Virus record (IMG/VR): IMGVR_UViG_3300021197_001384
Origin: an uncultured virus (IMG/VR IMGVR_UViG_3300021197_001384)
Lineage: Duplodnaviria > Heunggongvirae > Uroviricota > Caudoviricetes
DNA length: 20,000 nucleotides
Reading direction: 5' to 3' (one strand)
How positions within the stretch are numbered: position 1 is the first letter of the stretch; each line of letters starts with the position of its first letter. The notes below the pieces were generated by a model. That model ran no database searches. It saw only the letters and a program-made list of their open reading frames with translations, and was not told the DNA's origin. Positions 1 to 6,995 of the stretch are shown in pieces. The translations under genes were made by a program, and so were the position numbers.

Positions 1-1
1 T

Positions 2-133
2 GCGACGATCCACATGATGGTCCTACGCAATCCAGATGCCGATGCCCGTGCGGTGAGCAATGCCGAGGCTGAGATCAAGCGGATGGCGAAGATGGCCGAT
101 GCTTACTCCAAGCTTGTAAAGGAGGGCAAATAA
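2..133 (+). CDS. 3' end of a small hypothetical early protein (partial, enters from the left edge)
   Basis: Open frame ...ATIHMMVLRNPDADARAVSNAEAEIKRMAKMADAYSKLVKEGK, TAA at 131-133, next ATG 1 nt later. Confidence 0.6.
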   Translation, partial: ATIHMMVLRNPDADARAVSNAEAEIKRMAKMADAYSKLVKEGK

Positions 134-134
134 G

Positions 135-293
135 ATGCCTGAGAACAACCGCACCCTGACCTTTGAACTGACCGACTGTGATCACTGCAAAGCCTACGCT
201 GAACTGGTCCGCAGCTGCACCGACGCTGGCCTGCCGTTCAAGATCTGGAACGTTGGCACGGCGGCCATCATCAAAATCGGGGAGGGCTACTAA
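135..293 (+). CDS. small hypothetical protein (52 aa) with a CxxC motif
   Basis: Not in the ORF track. Reads MPENNRTLTFELTDCDHCKAYAELVRSCTDAGLPFKIWNVGTAAIIKIGEGY*; GGAGG upstream; fills the gap between neighbours exactly. Confidence 0.65.
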   Translation: MPENNRTLTFELTDCDHCKAYAELVRSCTDAGLPFKIWNVGTAAIIKIGEGY

Positions 294-294
294 G

Positions 295-537
295 ATGATC
301 AGAACGATTGACGTATTGGTTCCGAACCCCACCAACCCAGACGGTGATGACATCGTGCTGATGGCTGACGTAGAAGTGATTCGTGAGCGTGTTACGGCCC
401 CCTGCCATACAAGCTGGGTGGAGGGTCATGTGGAGATCCTGAGCGTGCTCGACCACGCTGAGGACGATGTGACCAAGTGGGCCATCGAGCAACACGCAGA
501 CGACATCGTCCACGCAGCATTGGAGGCCGGACTATGA
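295..537 (+). CDS. hypothetical early protein (80 aa)
   Basis: Track ORF 178..537 with start moved to ATG 295 (MIRTIDVLV...), which follows GGAGGG and the upstream TAA. Confidence 0.7.
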   Translation: MIRTIDVLVPNPTNPDGDDIVLMADVEVIRERVTAPCHTSWVEGHVEILSVLDHAEDDVTKWAIEQHADDIVHAALEAGL

Positions 538-755
538 ACTGGGGCACCGAATATCTGCTCCACCATCTGGGCAAGGCTACGGCCACCCTGCGTGACGTCC
601 CTCGGGGCACTCCGAGGCATCGCAAGAGCATGTTCCTGCAGGCGATGGTCTCCCACTCCATGTGGCTGCAGGAGTCCACTGGATCTGGCAATCGGGCCAA
701 GCGCAGGCTGCAGCATGACCGCTGGCTGATGATGAACCGCGAGCTGTATGGCTGA
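534..755 (+). CDS. hypothetical early protein (73 aa, basic)
   Basis: ATGA overlap with the previous stop; GGAGG upstream; MNWGTEYLLHHLGK... Confidence 0.65.
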   Translation: MNWGTEYLLHHLGKATATLRDVPRGTPRHRKSMFLQAMVSHSMWLQESTGSGNRAKRRLQHDRWLMMNRELYG

Positions 756-799
756 GATCCTCACCGAGCTGACCTTCGGGTCGGCTCCATGAGCACCTC
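754..799 (+). ncRNA. unidentified structured hairpin motif, copy 1 (CC/CA internal loop, UUCG tetraloop)
   Basis: Lower stem 754-763/790-799 (2 mismatches), internal loop CC 764-765 / CA 788-789, 9-bp upper stem 766-774/779-787 with one G-U pair, loop TTCG. Confidence 0.6.
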
Positions 800-842
800 T
801 GCTCGAAACCAAAACAACTGTAAATCGAAAGTATCAAAAATG
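783..842 (+). repeat. 60-nt intergenic direct repeat, copy 1, ending in the next start codon
   Basis: Matches 1125-1184 at 58 of 60 positions: GGCTCCA[T/A]GAGCACCTC[T/C]GCTCGAAACCAAAACAACTGTAAATCGAAAGTATCAAAAATG. Confidence 0.95.
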
Positions 843-1100
843 TCAGAAGAATCGAAATTCCTGTTCCTCGTTGCCACCGCAGATCAATGCTGGGGTCGGG
901 GCACCACACCGAAGGAAGCGGCAGGGAAGGCCATCGAGGCCGGTGCTCGCAAGGCGTCAGCGGCGTGCTGCTACGTCATCGTTGGGGCGAAAGATCCCGA
1001 AGAGGTCTGCGTAAACGATGACGGCTGGGTCTGCTGGCCCACTGGGACCGATGACCACATGTTCCGCGTCAAGCGGGTCAGTGCGCTGCTGGGTTGGTGA
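840..1100 (+). CDS. hypothetical early protein (86 aa)
   Basis: Start set at the ATG that ends the repeated leader (MSEESKFLFLVATADQCWGRG...). Confidence 0.75.
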   Translation: MSEESKFLFLVATADQCWGRGTTPKEAAGKAIEAGARKASAACCYVIVGAKDPEEVCVNDDGWVCWPTGTDDHMFRVKRVSALLGW

Positions 1101-1141
1101 TGCTCTCCGAGCCCAGTGACAGTGGGCTCCAAGAGCACCTC
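1097..1141 (+). ncRNA. unidentified structured hairpin motif, copy 2
   Basis: Lower stem 1097-1106/1132-1141 (2 mismatches), CC 1107-1108 / CA 1130-1131 internal loop, upper stem GAGCCCA/TGGGCTC; compensatory changes relative to copy 1. Confidence 0.6.
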
Positions 1142-1184
1142 CGCTCGAAACCAAAACAACTGTAAATCGAAAGTATCAAAAATG
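1125..1184 (+). repeat. 60-nt intergenic direct repeat, copy 2
   Basis: Same sequence as 783-842 apart from two substitutions. Confidence 0.95.
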
Positions 1185-2015
1185 ATTAATAACTTAGAAT
1201 CCTACGCACCTGCAGCCATGACCACTTTTGCCGCTCCTGAGCGCAGTGATCGGTATGCCCATCTGACCACCAGTGACGTGGTCGATGTGCTCGCGGCTGA
1301 TGGGTGGGCATTGAACCGAGCTACCCAGACCAGTGCTCGGAGTGATCGTGGCAAGCTGCATGGCAAGCATGTGTTGGACTTCCACCATCCTGAGCTGCCA
1401 GCGGTCAATGAGGAGTATCGGCCCCGTCTGGTGCTCCAGAACGCCTCGGATGGCACCAGTGCGGTTCGGATGTTCGCGGGGTTCTTCCGGTTCGTCTGTG
1501 CCAACGGAATGGTCAGTGGAGACGCTGCCATGAGCATGGTGGCACGCCATACTGGCAAGGGGCTGCAGGAGGCGGTCGTGACTGGAGCGGCTGAGATCCG
1601 TGGCCGGATGGACATGATGCAAGACCGTATCAGCCGCTGGGGCGCCACCGAGATCAACGCCATCGATGGCATCGAGTTCGCCAAAGCGGCCTGCAAGGTG
1701 CGGTGGCCTAAGGCTGAGATGGTTGTCGGTCGTGAGGGCCTCTACGACTTCCAAGACCACTCCGGTCGCGCCATCGATGTTGTTGGTGCCCTCCGCACCC
1801 GTCGTCGCGCTGACGACTCCCACGACCTCTGGTCCGTATTTAACCGGATCCAAGAGGCAGTCACCAAGGGATTCGTCAATCAAGCCACCATCCGAGATGG
1901 CTACCGCGACATCCGGTCTACCCGTCGCGTCAGCAGCGCGATCCAAGATCTCAAGATCAACCGCGAGCTGTGGAACGTAGCCGAAGAAGTGGCCGTGGCC
2001 TACGGTGTGAACTGA
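1182..2015 (+). CDS. DUF932/DUF945 family protein
   Basis: Family-like motifs SDRYAHLTT, LQNASDGTSA, AGFFRFVCANGMV, RRRADDSHDLWSVFNRIQE, LKINRELW. Start at the ATG ending repeat copy 2. Confidence 0.88.
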   Translation: MINNLESYAPAAMTTFAAPERSDRYAHLTTSDVVDVLAADGWALNRATQTSARSDRGKLHGKHVLDFHHPELPAVNEEYRPRLVLQNASDGTSAVRMFAGFFRFVCANGMVSGDAAMSMVARHTGKGLQEAVVTGAAEIRGRMDMMQDRISRWGATEINAIDGIEFAKAACKVRWPKAEMVVGREGLYDFQDHSGRAIDVVGALRTRRRADDSHDLWSVFNRIQEAVTKGFVNQATIRDGYRDIRSTRRVSSAIQDLKINRELWNVAEEVAVAYGVN

Positions 2016-2075
2016 GTCGAAACACCCTGCGGGGTGTCTGCGGAAACTGACCAACCCGCACTGATGAGACGGTCG
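2016..2075 (+). ncRNA. type II hammerhead ribozyme with loop I / 3' tail pseudoknot; predicted cleavage after C2038 (GUC)
   Basis: GTC-GAAA-CACCC TGCG GGGTG-TC-TGCGG(loop)CCGCA-CTGATGA-GAC. All core nucleotides present; stems I, II and III pair perfectly; loop TGACC 2048-2052 pairs with tail GGTCG 2071-2075. Confidence 0.93.
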
Positions 2076-2097
2076 TAACAACAACTGTAATCCAAAA

Positions 2098-2565
2098 ATG
2101 AAAATTAATAAGTCCCTTAATAAAACCGAACAACGTCTTCTCGACTTCGTGACAACGGCAATATCAACGCATCGCCAGCGCCCAGCCTTCCCGCTTAGCG
2201 ACTTGGTCGCCTCATTCAAGGTCGACAATCGCCTTCCGACGCAGTGCCAAGATCTCGGCCTCGTGGAAAGGGTTCGCGGTATTGGCTATGTTTGGCGAAC
2301 CGACGATCCAGTGAAGGCGTTCAACGCGATTTGCGAGCTTCGTAAAAAGGAGGCGCGACAAAAGCGAGCGCCGGATCAACAGACGCAAACGGTCTTTACG
2401 GAAGCGACGACGACCGCTGACGCTGACGCTGATCAGCAAGGGCCGGATCTTCGCACGCTTGAGACTCAAATCATGGCCATACATGAGCGAATCAGCGACC
2501 TCGAAAACACGCTGCTCGACGCTGTTGTCGAGCTCACGAACCAAGTCATCGAGATCAAAAAATGA
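2098..2565 (+). CDS. hypothetical protein, possible winged-helix N-terminus and coiled-coil C-terminus
   Basis: 155-aa ORF after an A-rich leader; heptad-like C-terminus LRTLETQIMAIHERISDLENTL. The domain guess is inference. Confidence 0.7.
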   Translation: MKINKSLNKTEQRLLDFVTTAISTHRQRPAFPLSDLVASFKVDNRLPTQCQDLGLVERVRGIGYVWRTDDPVKAFNAICELRKKEARQKRAPDQQTQTVFTEATTTADADADQQGPDLRTLETQIMAIHERISDLENTLLDAVVELTNQVIEIKK

Positions 2566-2741
2566 AAACCTACTTCCATCAAGCCCACTACGCGCTCAGA
2601 AGCGCCCTTTGCAGCGCATTCTACGCCCTTTCCATGTGGTCGGGGCGTCAGGCTGCCAAAAACTGGCGCAAGGCCGAGAAAGCAGCTTTGGCTGAGACCA
2701 ATGCCTACCGTCAGCACAAGGAGGTCAGTCGTCATGAGTGA
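2562..2741 (+). CDS. small hypothetical protein (59 aa)
   Basis: Not in the track. MKTYFHQAHYALRSALCSAFYALSMWSGRQAAKNWRKAEKAALAETNAYRQHKEVSRHE*; ATGA overlap upstream and 8-nt overlap downstream. Confidence 0.6.
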   Translation: MKTYFHQAHYALRSALCSAFYALSMWSGRQAAKNWRKAEKAALAETNAYRQHKEVSRHE

Positions 2742-2922
2742 CGTCACGAATTATGATGTCATCGTAGCGATGGACAAGTTTGGTGGGGGCTTCGTGAAAG
2801 CCTTGGCCGGAGCTGCCCTACGTGCAGACAGTCGCAACCTCGGCCGGATCAAGCGAGCGTTCCCCGATTATTGGGAGCAATACACCATCTTAGCCGGTCT
2901 GGACAAGGAGGTCTGGCGATGA
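2734..2922 (+). CDS. conserved small phage early protein (62 aa)
   Basis: AAGGAGG upstream of ATG 2734; the pattern GGGFVKALAGAALRADSRNLGRIKRAFPDYW resembles a recurrent small hypothetical phage family (recollection, unverified). Confidence 0.75.
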   Translation: MSDVTNYDVIVAMDKFGGGFVKALAGAALRADSRNLGRIKRAFPDYWEQYTILAGLDKEVWR

Positions 2923-3299
2923 GTGCCTTGAAGCCCCGCAAGCGTGGCCGTCCCTTTGGGACATCCAAGCCCGAGCAACGCAAGACGCTCAGGCGGATGT
3001 GGCTTTCCCCCCGGGCTGAGGCTGCAGTGTCCGTCCAGCAGGAAATGCTGCGTGCCAGCCTGCGGGTGAGGGCGAGCTTCGGTCAGGCTTTTGAGCTGAT
3101 CGCCATCGCGCAAAGCGAAGGGACCACTCCGCTGGATGTGATGCGCGGTTTGATAAAGAAGTATGGCCGAAAGCAGATGACTGTGCTGAAATATCTAAAT
3201 CGACTCAACGATGACTTAGTGGAGCCCGAGGAAGATTCCGATGAGGCGCCGCTGACGAGTGAAGAGAAAATCAATTTCGAGGATAACGGGTCACTCTGA
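2919..3299 (+). CDS. putative DNA-binding protein with AT-hook-like motif
   Basis: ATGA overlap, AAGGAGG upstream; N-terminal KPRKRGRPFG and acidic C-terminus. Confidence 0.65.
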   Translation: MSALKPRKRGRPFGTSKPEQRKTLRRMWLSPRAEAAVSVQQEMLRASLRVRASFGQAFELIAIAQSEGTTPLDVMRGLIKKYGRKQMTVLKYLNRLNDDLVEPEEDSDEAPLTSEEKINFEDNGSL

Positions 3300-3339
3300 T
3301 TCGCCCTCAAAACCAAAGACCAAAAAGAAAGATAAAAAA

Positions 3340-4032
3340 ATGAGCTTAATCGCTAAAGAATCCGGAGGTTCCGCCTCCTTTGATCCAGTTGCCGCAGGAA
3401 TGCACCCAGCCCGATGCGTCGGTGTGGTGGATCTGGGCACTCAAGAAAGTTACGACAAGGCATTTGCGCCGAAGCGCCAAGTGTTGATCACATGGGAGAT
3501 CCCATCAGAGCGCATCGACATCGATGAGGACGGCAAGACCGTGTCCAAACCGAGGTTCATCTCCAACACCTACACGCTGTCGCTGAACGGAATGTCGAAC
3601 CTGCGCAAGACGCTCGATAGCTGGCGTGGTCGGGCGTTCACGGCCGAGGAGTTGGAAGGCTGGGATCTGTTCAACATCCTTTCGGCGCCCTGCCTGTTGA
3701 ACGTGACGCACAAGTCGAGCAAAGATGGGCAGAAGACCTACGCCAACGTGACCTCGGTGAACCCGTTGCCGAAGGGCATGGACTGCGGCCAGCAGGAATC
3801 GGATACGATGAGTTGGTCGATTGATGACCAGCCTGACTGGAAGAGCACTGCGCTGGAACTGCCGACGAACGTGCCTGAGTGGGTCAGTAAGAAGATCGCG
3901 CAGAGCGAGGAATACGTGCAAAGCCATCTGCCGACCGAAGCTCGCAAGAAGGAGCCCAATCACCTGCAGGACGCCAAGCCTGCCTTCGATGTGAGCACCG
4001 GAAGCGACGACGAGGACGAGCCGCCCTTCTGA
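3340..4032 (+). CDS. putative ssDNA-binding protein (OB-fold-like, acidic tail)
   Basis: Start after an A-rich leader; motifs HPARCVGVVDLGTQ and SNLRKTLDSWRGRAF; C-terminus DDEDEPPF mimics the SSB tail. Confidence 0.7.
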   Translation: MSLIAKESGGSASFDPVAAGMHPARCVGVVDLGTQESYDKAFAPKRQVLITWEIPSERIDIDEDGKTVSKPRFISNTYTLSLNGMSNLRKTLDSWRGRAFTAEELEGWDLFNILSAPCLLNVTHKSSKDGQKTYANVTSVNPLPKGMDCGQQESDTMSWSIDDQPDWKSTALELPTNVPEWVSKKIAQSEEYVQSHLPTEARKKEPNHLQDAKPAFDVSTGSDDEDEPPF

Positions 4033-4055
4033 TCTCGTCTGATCCCTGAACCAAC

Positions 4056-4087
4056 AGCCCCGCCTCCTTGGATGGAAGCGGGGTTTT
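4056..4087 (+). terminator. terminator-like hairpin between the SSB-like gene and the HNH gene
   Basis: AGCCCCGC-C-TCC/GGA-A-GCGGGGTT stem with only four T's in total, so probably leaky. Confidence 0.5.
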
Positions 4088-4105
4088 CGGGTGATGAATA
4101 ACAAT

Positions 4106-4645
4106 ATGAAATCAGAAAACGAAGAAGTCTTCCGGCCCATTGCTGGCTATGAAGATCTCTACCTAATCTCCTGCTCCGGTCGAGTTCAATCGTTACCGAG
4201 ATGGGTCGTCTGCAATGGCGTTATGGCCCTCAGGGATGGACGGATCTTGAAGGGAAGCTCACATCCTGATCGATACAGGATAGTCGGCCTCTGGCGTGAC
4301 GGAGTTAGGTGGACAAGTTACATTCACCGACTGGTGGCCCAAGCGTTCCTGAGTAATCCCGATGGCAAGCCGCAAGTGAACCACATCGATGGAGACAAGG
4401 CCAATAACCGGATGGAAAATCTGGAGTGGGTCACTGACCTTGAGAATAAGCGACATGCCATGGAGACTGGGCTGACAATAAAGGGCGAGGACCACGGTAA
4501 CTCCAAGCTCACGGAGGAGGAGGTCCTTTACATTCGGAGCAATCCCGACGGGCTCACTCAGCGTGAGCTGGCCACCAAGCTGGAAGTCTCCCAATCCGTG
4601 ATCTGCAACATCCAGCTCGGCAAGACATGGGGGCACGTTCAATGA
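4106..4645 (+). CDS. NUMOD4-HNH homing endonuclease with C-terminal HTH
   Basis: NUMOD4 (EVFRPIAGYEDLYLISCSGRVQS), HNH (IHRLVAQAF...VNHIDGDKANNRMENLEW), HTH (TQRELATKLEVSQSVICNI). Start could also be 4091 or 4094. Confidence 0.93.
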   Translation: MKSENEEVFRPIAGYEDLYLISCSGRVQSLPRWVVCNGVMALRDGRILKGSSHPDRYRIVGLWRDGVRWTSYIHRLVAQAFLSNPDGKPQVNHIDGDKANNRMENLEWVTDLENKRHAMETGLTIKGEDHGNSKLTEEEVLYIRSNPDGLTQRELATKLEVSQSVICNIQLGKTWGHVQ

Positions 4646-4866
4646 GCCGAGCGCATCTCGCCGCCGTCACCCTGACCGTCACTTTCTGTGGCATCGTGCC
4701 GAAGGGAGTCACGGCAGGTGGTCCCAAGGCTTGGCTCAAGCAGCGGGTCCGGCACATGAATTTGGAGATCGAAGGCTTCGTCCAAGTGGACCGAGTAGCC
4801 GAGATCTCCGTCAACCCAGAGCCGGTCGAACTGCCACCAGCTCATCAACTCAACCCAGAAAAATAA
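4642..4866 (+). CDS. hypothetical protein (74 aa)
   Basis: ATGA overlap with the HNH stop; MSRAHLAAVTLTVTF... Confidence 0.6.
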   Translation: MSRAHLAAVTLTVTFCGIVPKGVTAGGPKAWLKQRVRHMNLEIEGFVQVDRVAEISVNPEPVELPPAHQLNPEK

Positions 4867-4871
4867 GCACC

Positions 4872-5381
4872 ATGCACATCATCAAAGTCAGTCATTCCCG
4901 AAAGAGCATCTCCGTCACCTTCACCGTCGAAGACGAGAAGCGAGTCATCGTCAGTCACGACAACCCATTGCCGTCCTTCGCGAAGGCGTTCCACCCATTG
5001 CCCAAGGTAGCCTGTGGGCTGCTGGAGCTTCCGGATTCCTACGCCGATGGCATGAAGATCACTGGCATCCAGATCCAGACCAAGGGTGGGAATGAGCACG
5101 TCATCCTGACTGGCACCAAGGATCTCCCTGATTCCAGTCAGCTCTTCAGGTTCTCAACTCCTCCCCGCTTGCTTGAGCAGCCGGTGGAGGAGGGGAAATA
5201 CTCTCCCCCGATCAGCGACAAGCAGGCTGACCTGATTGCCGATGCGCTCCATGAGGTGGCCAAGTATGCTCGCGGCGAGCGAGCGCAGGGCCAACTGGAT
5301 CTGGAGGACGACGACGACAAGTCGGAGGCCACCAAGGCTGCTGCTGATTCCGAAGGCCAAGAGGTCATGGCAGGAGTCTGA
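4872..5381 (+). CDS. hypothetical phage protein (169 aa)
   Basis: Start at ATG 4872 (MHIIKVSHSRK...), 5 nt after the upstream stop; C-terminal GERAQGQLDL plus acidic tail. Confidence 0.75.
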   Translation: MHIIKVSHSRKSISVTFTVEDEKRVIVSHDNPLPSFAKAFHPLPKVACGLLELPDSYADGMKITGIQIQTKGGNEHVILTGTKDLPDSSQLFRFSTPPRLLEQPVEEGKYSPPISDKQADLIADALHEVAKYARGERAQGQLDLEDDDDKSEATKAAADSEGQEVMAGV

Positions 5382-5447
5382 GTTCAGTGCCTGCCGGTGG
5401 GCCTAAGCACCGGCACCAATTTCACCCAAACAACTGAAAGGAAAATC

Positions 5448-5915
5448 ATGAAGACAACGATAGGAGAACATATGGCCAAGGCCGTGGTCGCAGACTACGC
5501 CAAGGGCAAGCGATACAACGAGGCGCAGCTGGCCAAGAGACTGGACGAGCTGGTCATGCAATACCGAGCGGTGGAGGAGGCCCCCAAGGTAAAGAGCATC
5601 TGGGACGTGAGCTCTCTCGACATCTACAACGCCTACCCTCGCAGGGTAGCGAAGACGGCCGCACTGAAGGCGATTGGCAAGGCGATGATGGGCTGGCCTC
5701 ATGATATGCTGCTGGAGCGCACTGAGGCGTTCAAGGAAGCCACGGACAAGTGGCCTGAGGGGGACCGCAAGTTCATCCCGCACCCGAGCACGTGGTTCAA
5801 CAACGAGGGGTTCGACGAGGATCCCAAGGAGTGGGTCCGCAAGAGCGACGAGCAACTGAAGCAGGAGCGCCGTGAGGCCAAGGCGAGTGAACCCACCAAC
5901 TACGAGGTCTTCTGA
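5448..5915 (+). CDS. replication initiator/replisome organiser-like protein
   Basis: YNAYPRRVAKTAALKA and FIPHPSTWFNNEGFDED motifs typical of phage initiator C-terminal domains; directly upstream of a DnaC-like ATPase. Confidence 0.75.
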   Translation: MKTTIGEHMAKAVVADYAKGKRYNEAQLAKRLDELVMQYRAVEEAPKVKSIWDVSSLDIYNAYPRRVAKTAALKAIGKAMMGWPHDMLLERTEAFKEATDKWPEGDRKFIPHPSTWFNNEGFDEDPKEWVRKSDEQLKQERREAKASEPTNYEVF

Positions 5916-6721
5916 TGAATATCCCTGACAACGTGATTCCCTTTGCTGACATTGGATTGGATGAGTTCGGGGGCATGAGCCCCCAGCAGATCGGAACGAT
6001 CCCAGCCGATGAGAACTGGTCCCCCCTGAAGGAGGAGATCGAGGTGACCTGCCGAGTCTGCGAGCGGGAGAAGTTCCGAGCGGTTCGATTTCTTGCCGGT
6101 AAGATGGCCTGCCCTAGCTGCTGCGATGCCCATGAGCTGGAGGATTTGAAGAACCAGTGCAGGGTGGCGTGGGAGCGGCTTGCTCCGTCCATGTTTCGGG
6201 AGACCGATGTGAAGCATCCTGACTTCCCGAAGGGGATCTGGAAGGAGCTGAAGGCCAGTTGGGATCTCAACGAGAGTTTGGTGCTCTACGGCCCGACTGG
6301 TGCAGCGAAGACCCGGGTGGCCATGCTGCTGCTGCAGTGGGCAATGTTCAAAGGAAAGACCGTGGACGCGATCTGGCCGGAAGAACTGGTGGAGTTTGCC
6401 AAGGGCCGTGATCGTCTGAAGAAGATCCAGAGCCTTGGTTCCAACAACGTGCTGCTGCTCGATGATGCTCTGCTGACTGGTGCGGCCGATGAACGGGTGG
6501 CCAGCTTCTGTAAGGACATTATAGATTTTTCCCAGCGCCATGGGAACTCCATCATCATCACCACGCAGGTGGGTGGCGAAGCCTACAAGCAAGCTAGTGA
6601 CAAGTGGGAGAACGCCACGAAGGCCGACAGGGAGCGCATTGAGGCCCTGCTCAGGCGCATTCGGCAGGTGGGCAGAGTGATCCCCTTCGTGCAGCCTGAC
6701 AAAGACGAGGAGAGCTTCTAA
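5915..6721 (+). CDS. DnaC/IstB-like AAA+ ATPase (helicase loader)
   Basis: CxxC...CxxC at the N-terminus, Walker A GPTGAAKT, Walker B VLLLDD, IIITTQ sensor region; TGATG overlap with the initiator. Confidence 0.82.
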   Translation: MNIPDNVIPFADIGLDEFGGMSPQQIGTIPADENWSPLKEEIEVTCRVCEREKFRAVRFLAGKMACPSCCDAHELEDLKNQCRVAWERLAPSMFRETDVKHPDFPKGIWKELKASWDLNESLVLYGPTGAAKTRVAMLLLQWAMFKGKTVDAIWPEELVEFAKGRDRLKKIQSLGSNNVLLLDDALLTGAADERVASFCKDIIDFSQRHGNSIIITTQVGGEAYKQASDKWENATKADRERIEALLRRIRQVGRVIPFVQPDKDEESF

Positions 6722-6722
6722 T

Positions 6723-6995
6723 ATGAAAATAAAGGAGATTCAGCATGAACCTCTGCGCTACTGGGCATCGAGCAGCACCCGCAACATGACCTACGTGGTC
6801 GATCTTTCGGAGAACGAGGGCAATGGGTCTTGCTCCTGCGCTGACTTCATCACCCGAAGGAACCAAGCCATCCAGCAGGGGGAGGAGTTGTTCACCCGCA
6901 AGACCAGCTGCAAGCACCTGCTTGCGGTGCGCAAGCACTTCCTGAAGACCACCCTGCGCGAGATGGCGAGGATCATCAACAAGGGAGGACGGTGA
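6723..6995 (+). CDS. SWIM zinc-finger protein
   Basis: YVVDL...CSCADF...CKH pattern (CxC-xn-CxH). Confidence 0.8.
   Translation: MKIKEIQHEPLRYWASSSTRNMTYVVDLSENEGNGSCSCADFITRRNQAIQQGEELFTRKTSCKHLLAVRKHFLKTTLREMARIINKGGR

Noticed and set aside
726..809. CTGATGA (726-732) with GAAAC (805-809) as a second hammerhead
   Set aside because: The bases after CTGATGA do not pair with those before GAAA, no stems I and III with an NUH site form, and copy 2 lacks the core.
789..839. Shared N-terminal peptide STSARNQNNCKSKVSK in track ORFs 789 and 1116
   Set aside because: An artefact of translating the repeated non-coding leader; the likely starts are ATG 840 and 1182.
783..1184. Direct repeats as a CRISPR mini-array
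   Set aside because: Only two 60-nt copies separated by a protein-coding gene; no spacer periodicity and no cas genes.
1194..2228. 344-aa minus-strand ORF opposite DUF932
   Set aside because: Antisense shadow of a GC-rich gene with no recognisable motifs; the same applies to the other minus-strand ORFs in 1-7900.
4033..4650. Group I intron housing the HNH gene
   Set aside because: The flanking genes look intact and the non-coding flanks are too short for an intron core.
5912..5918. CTGATGA at the initiator/ATPase junction
   Set aside because: It is just the TGATG stop-start overlap, with no surrounding hammerhead stems.
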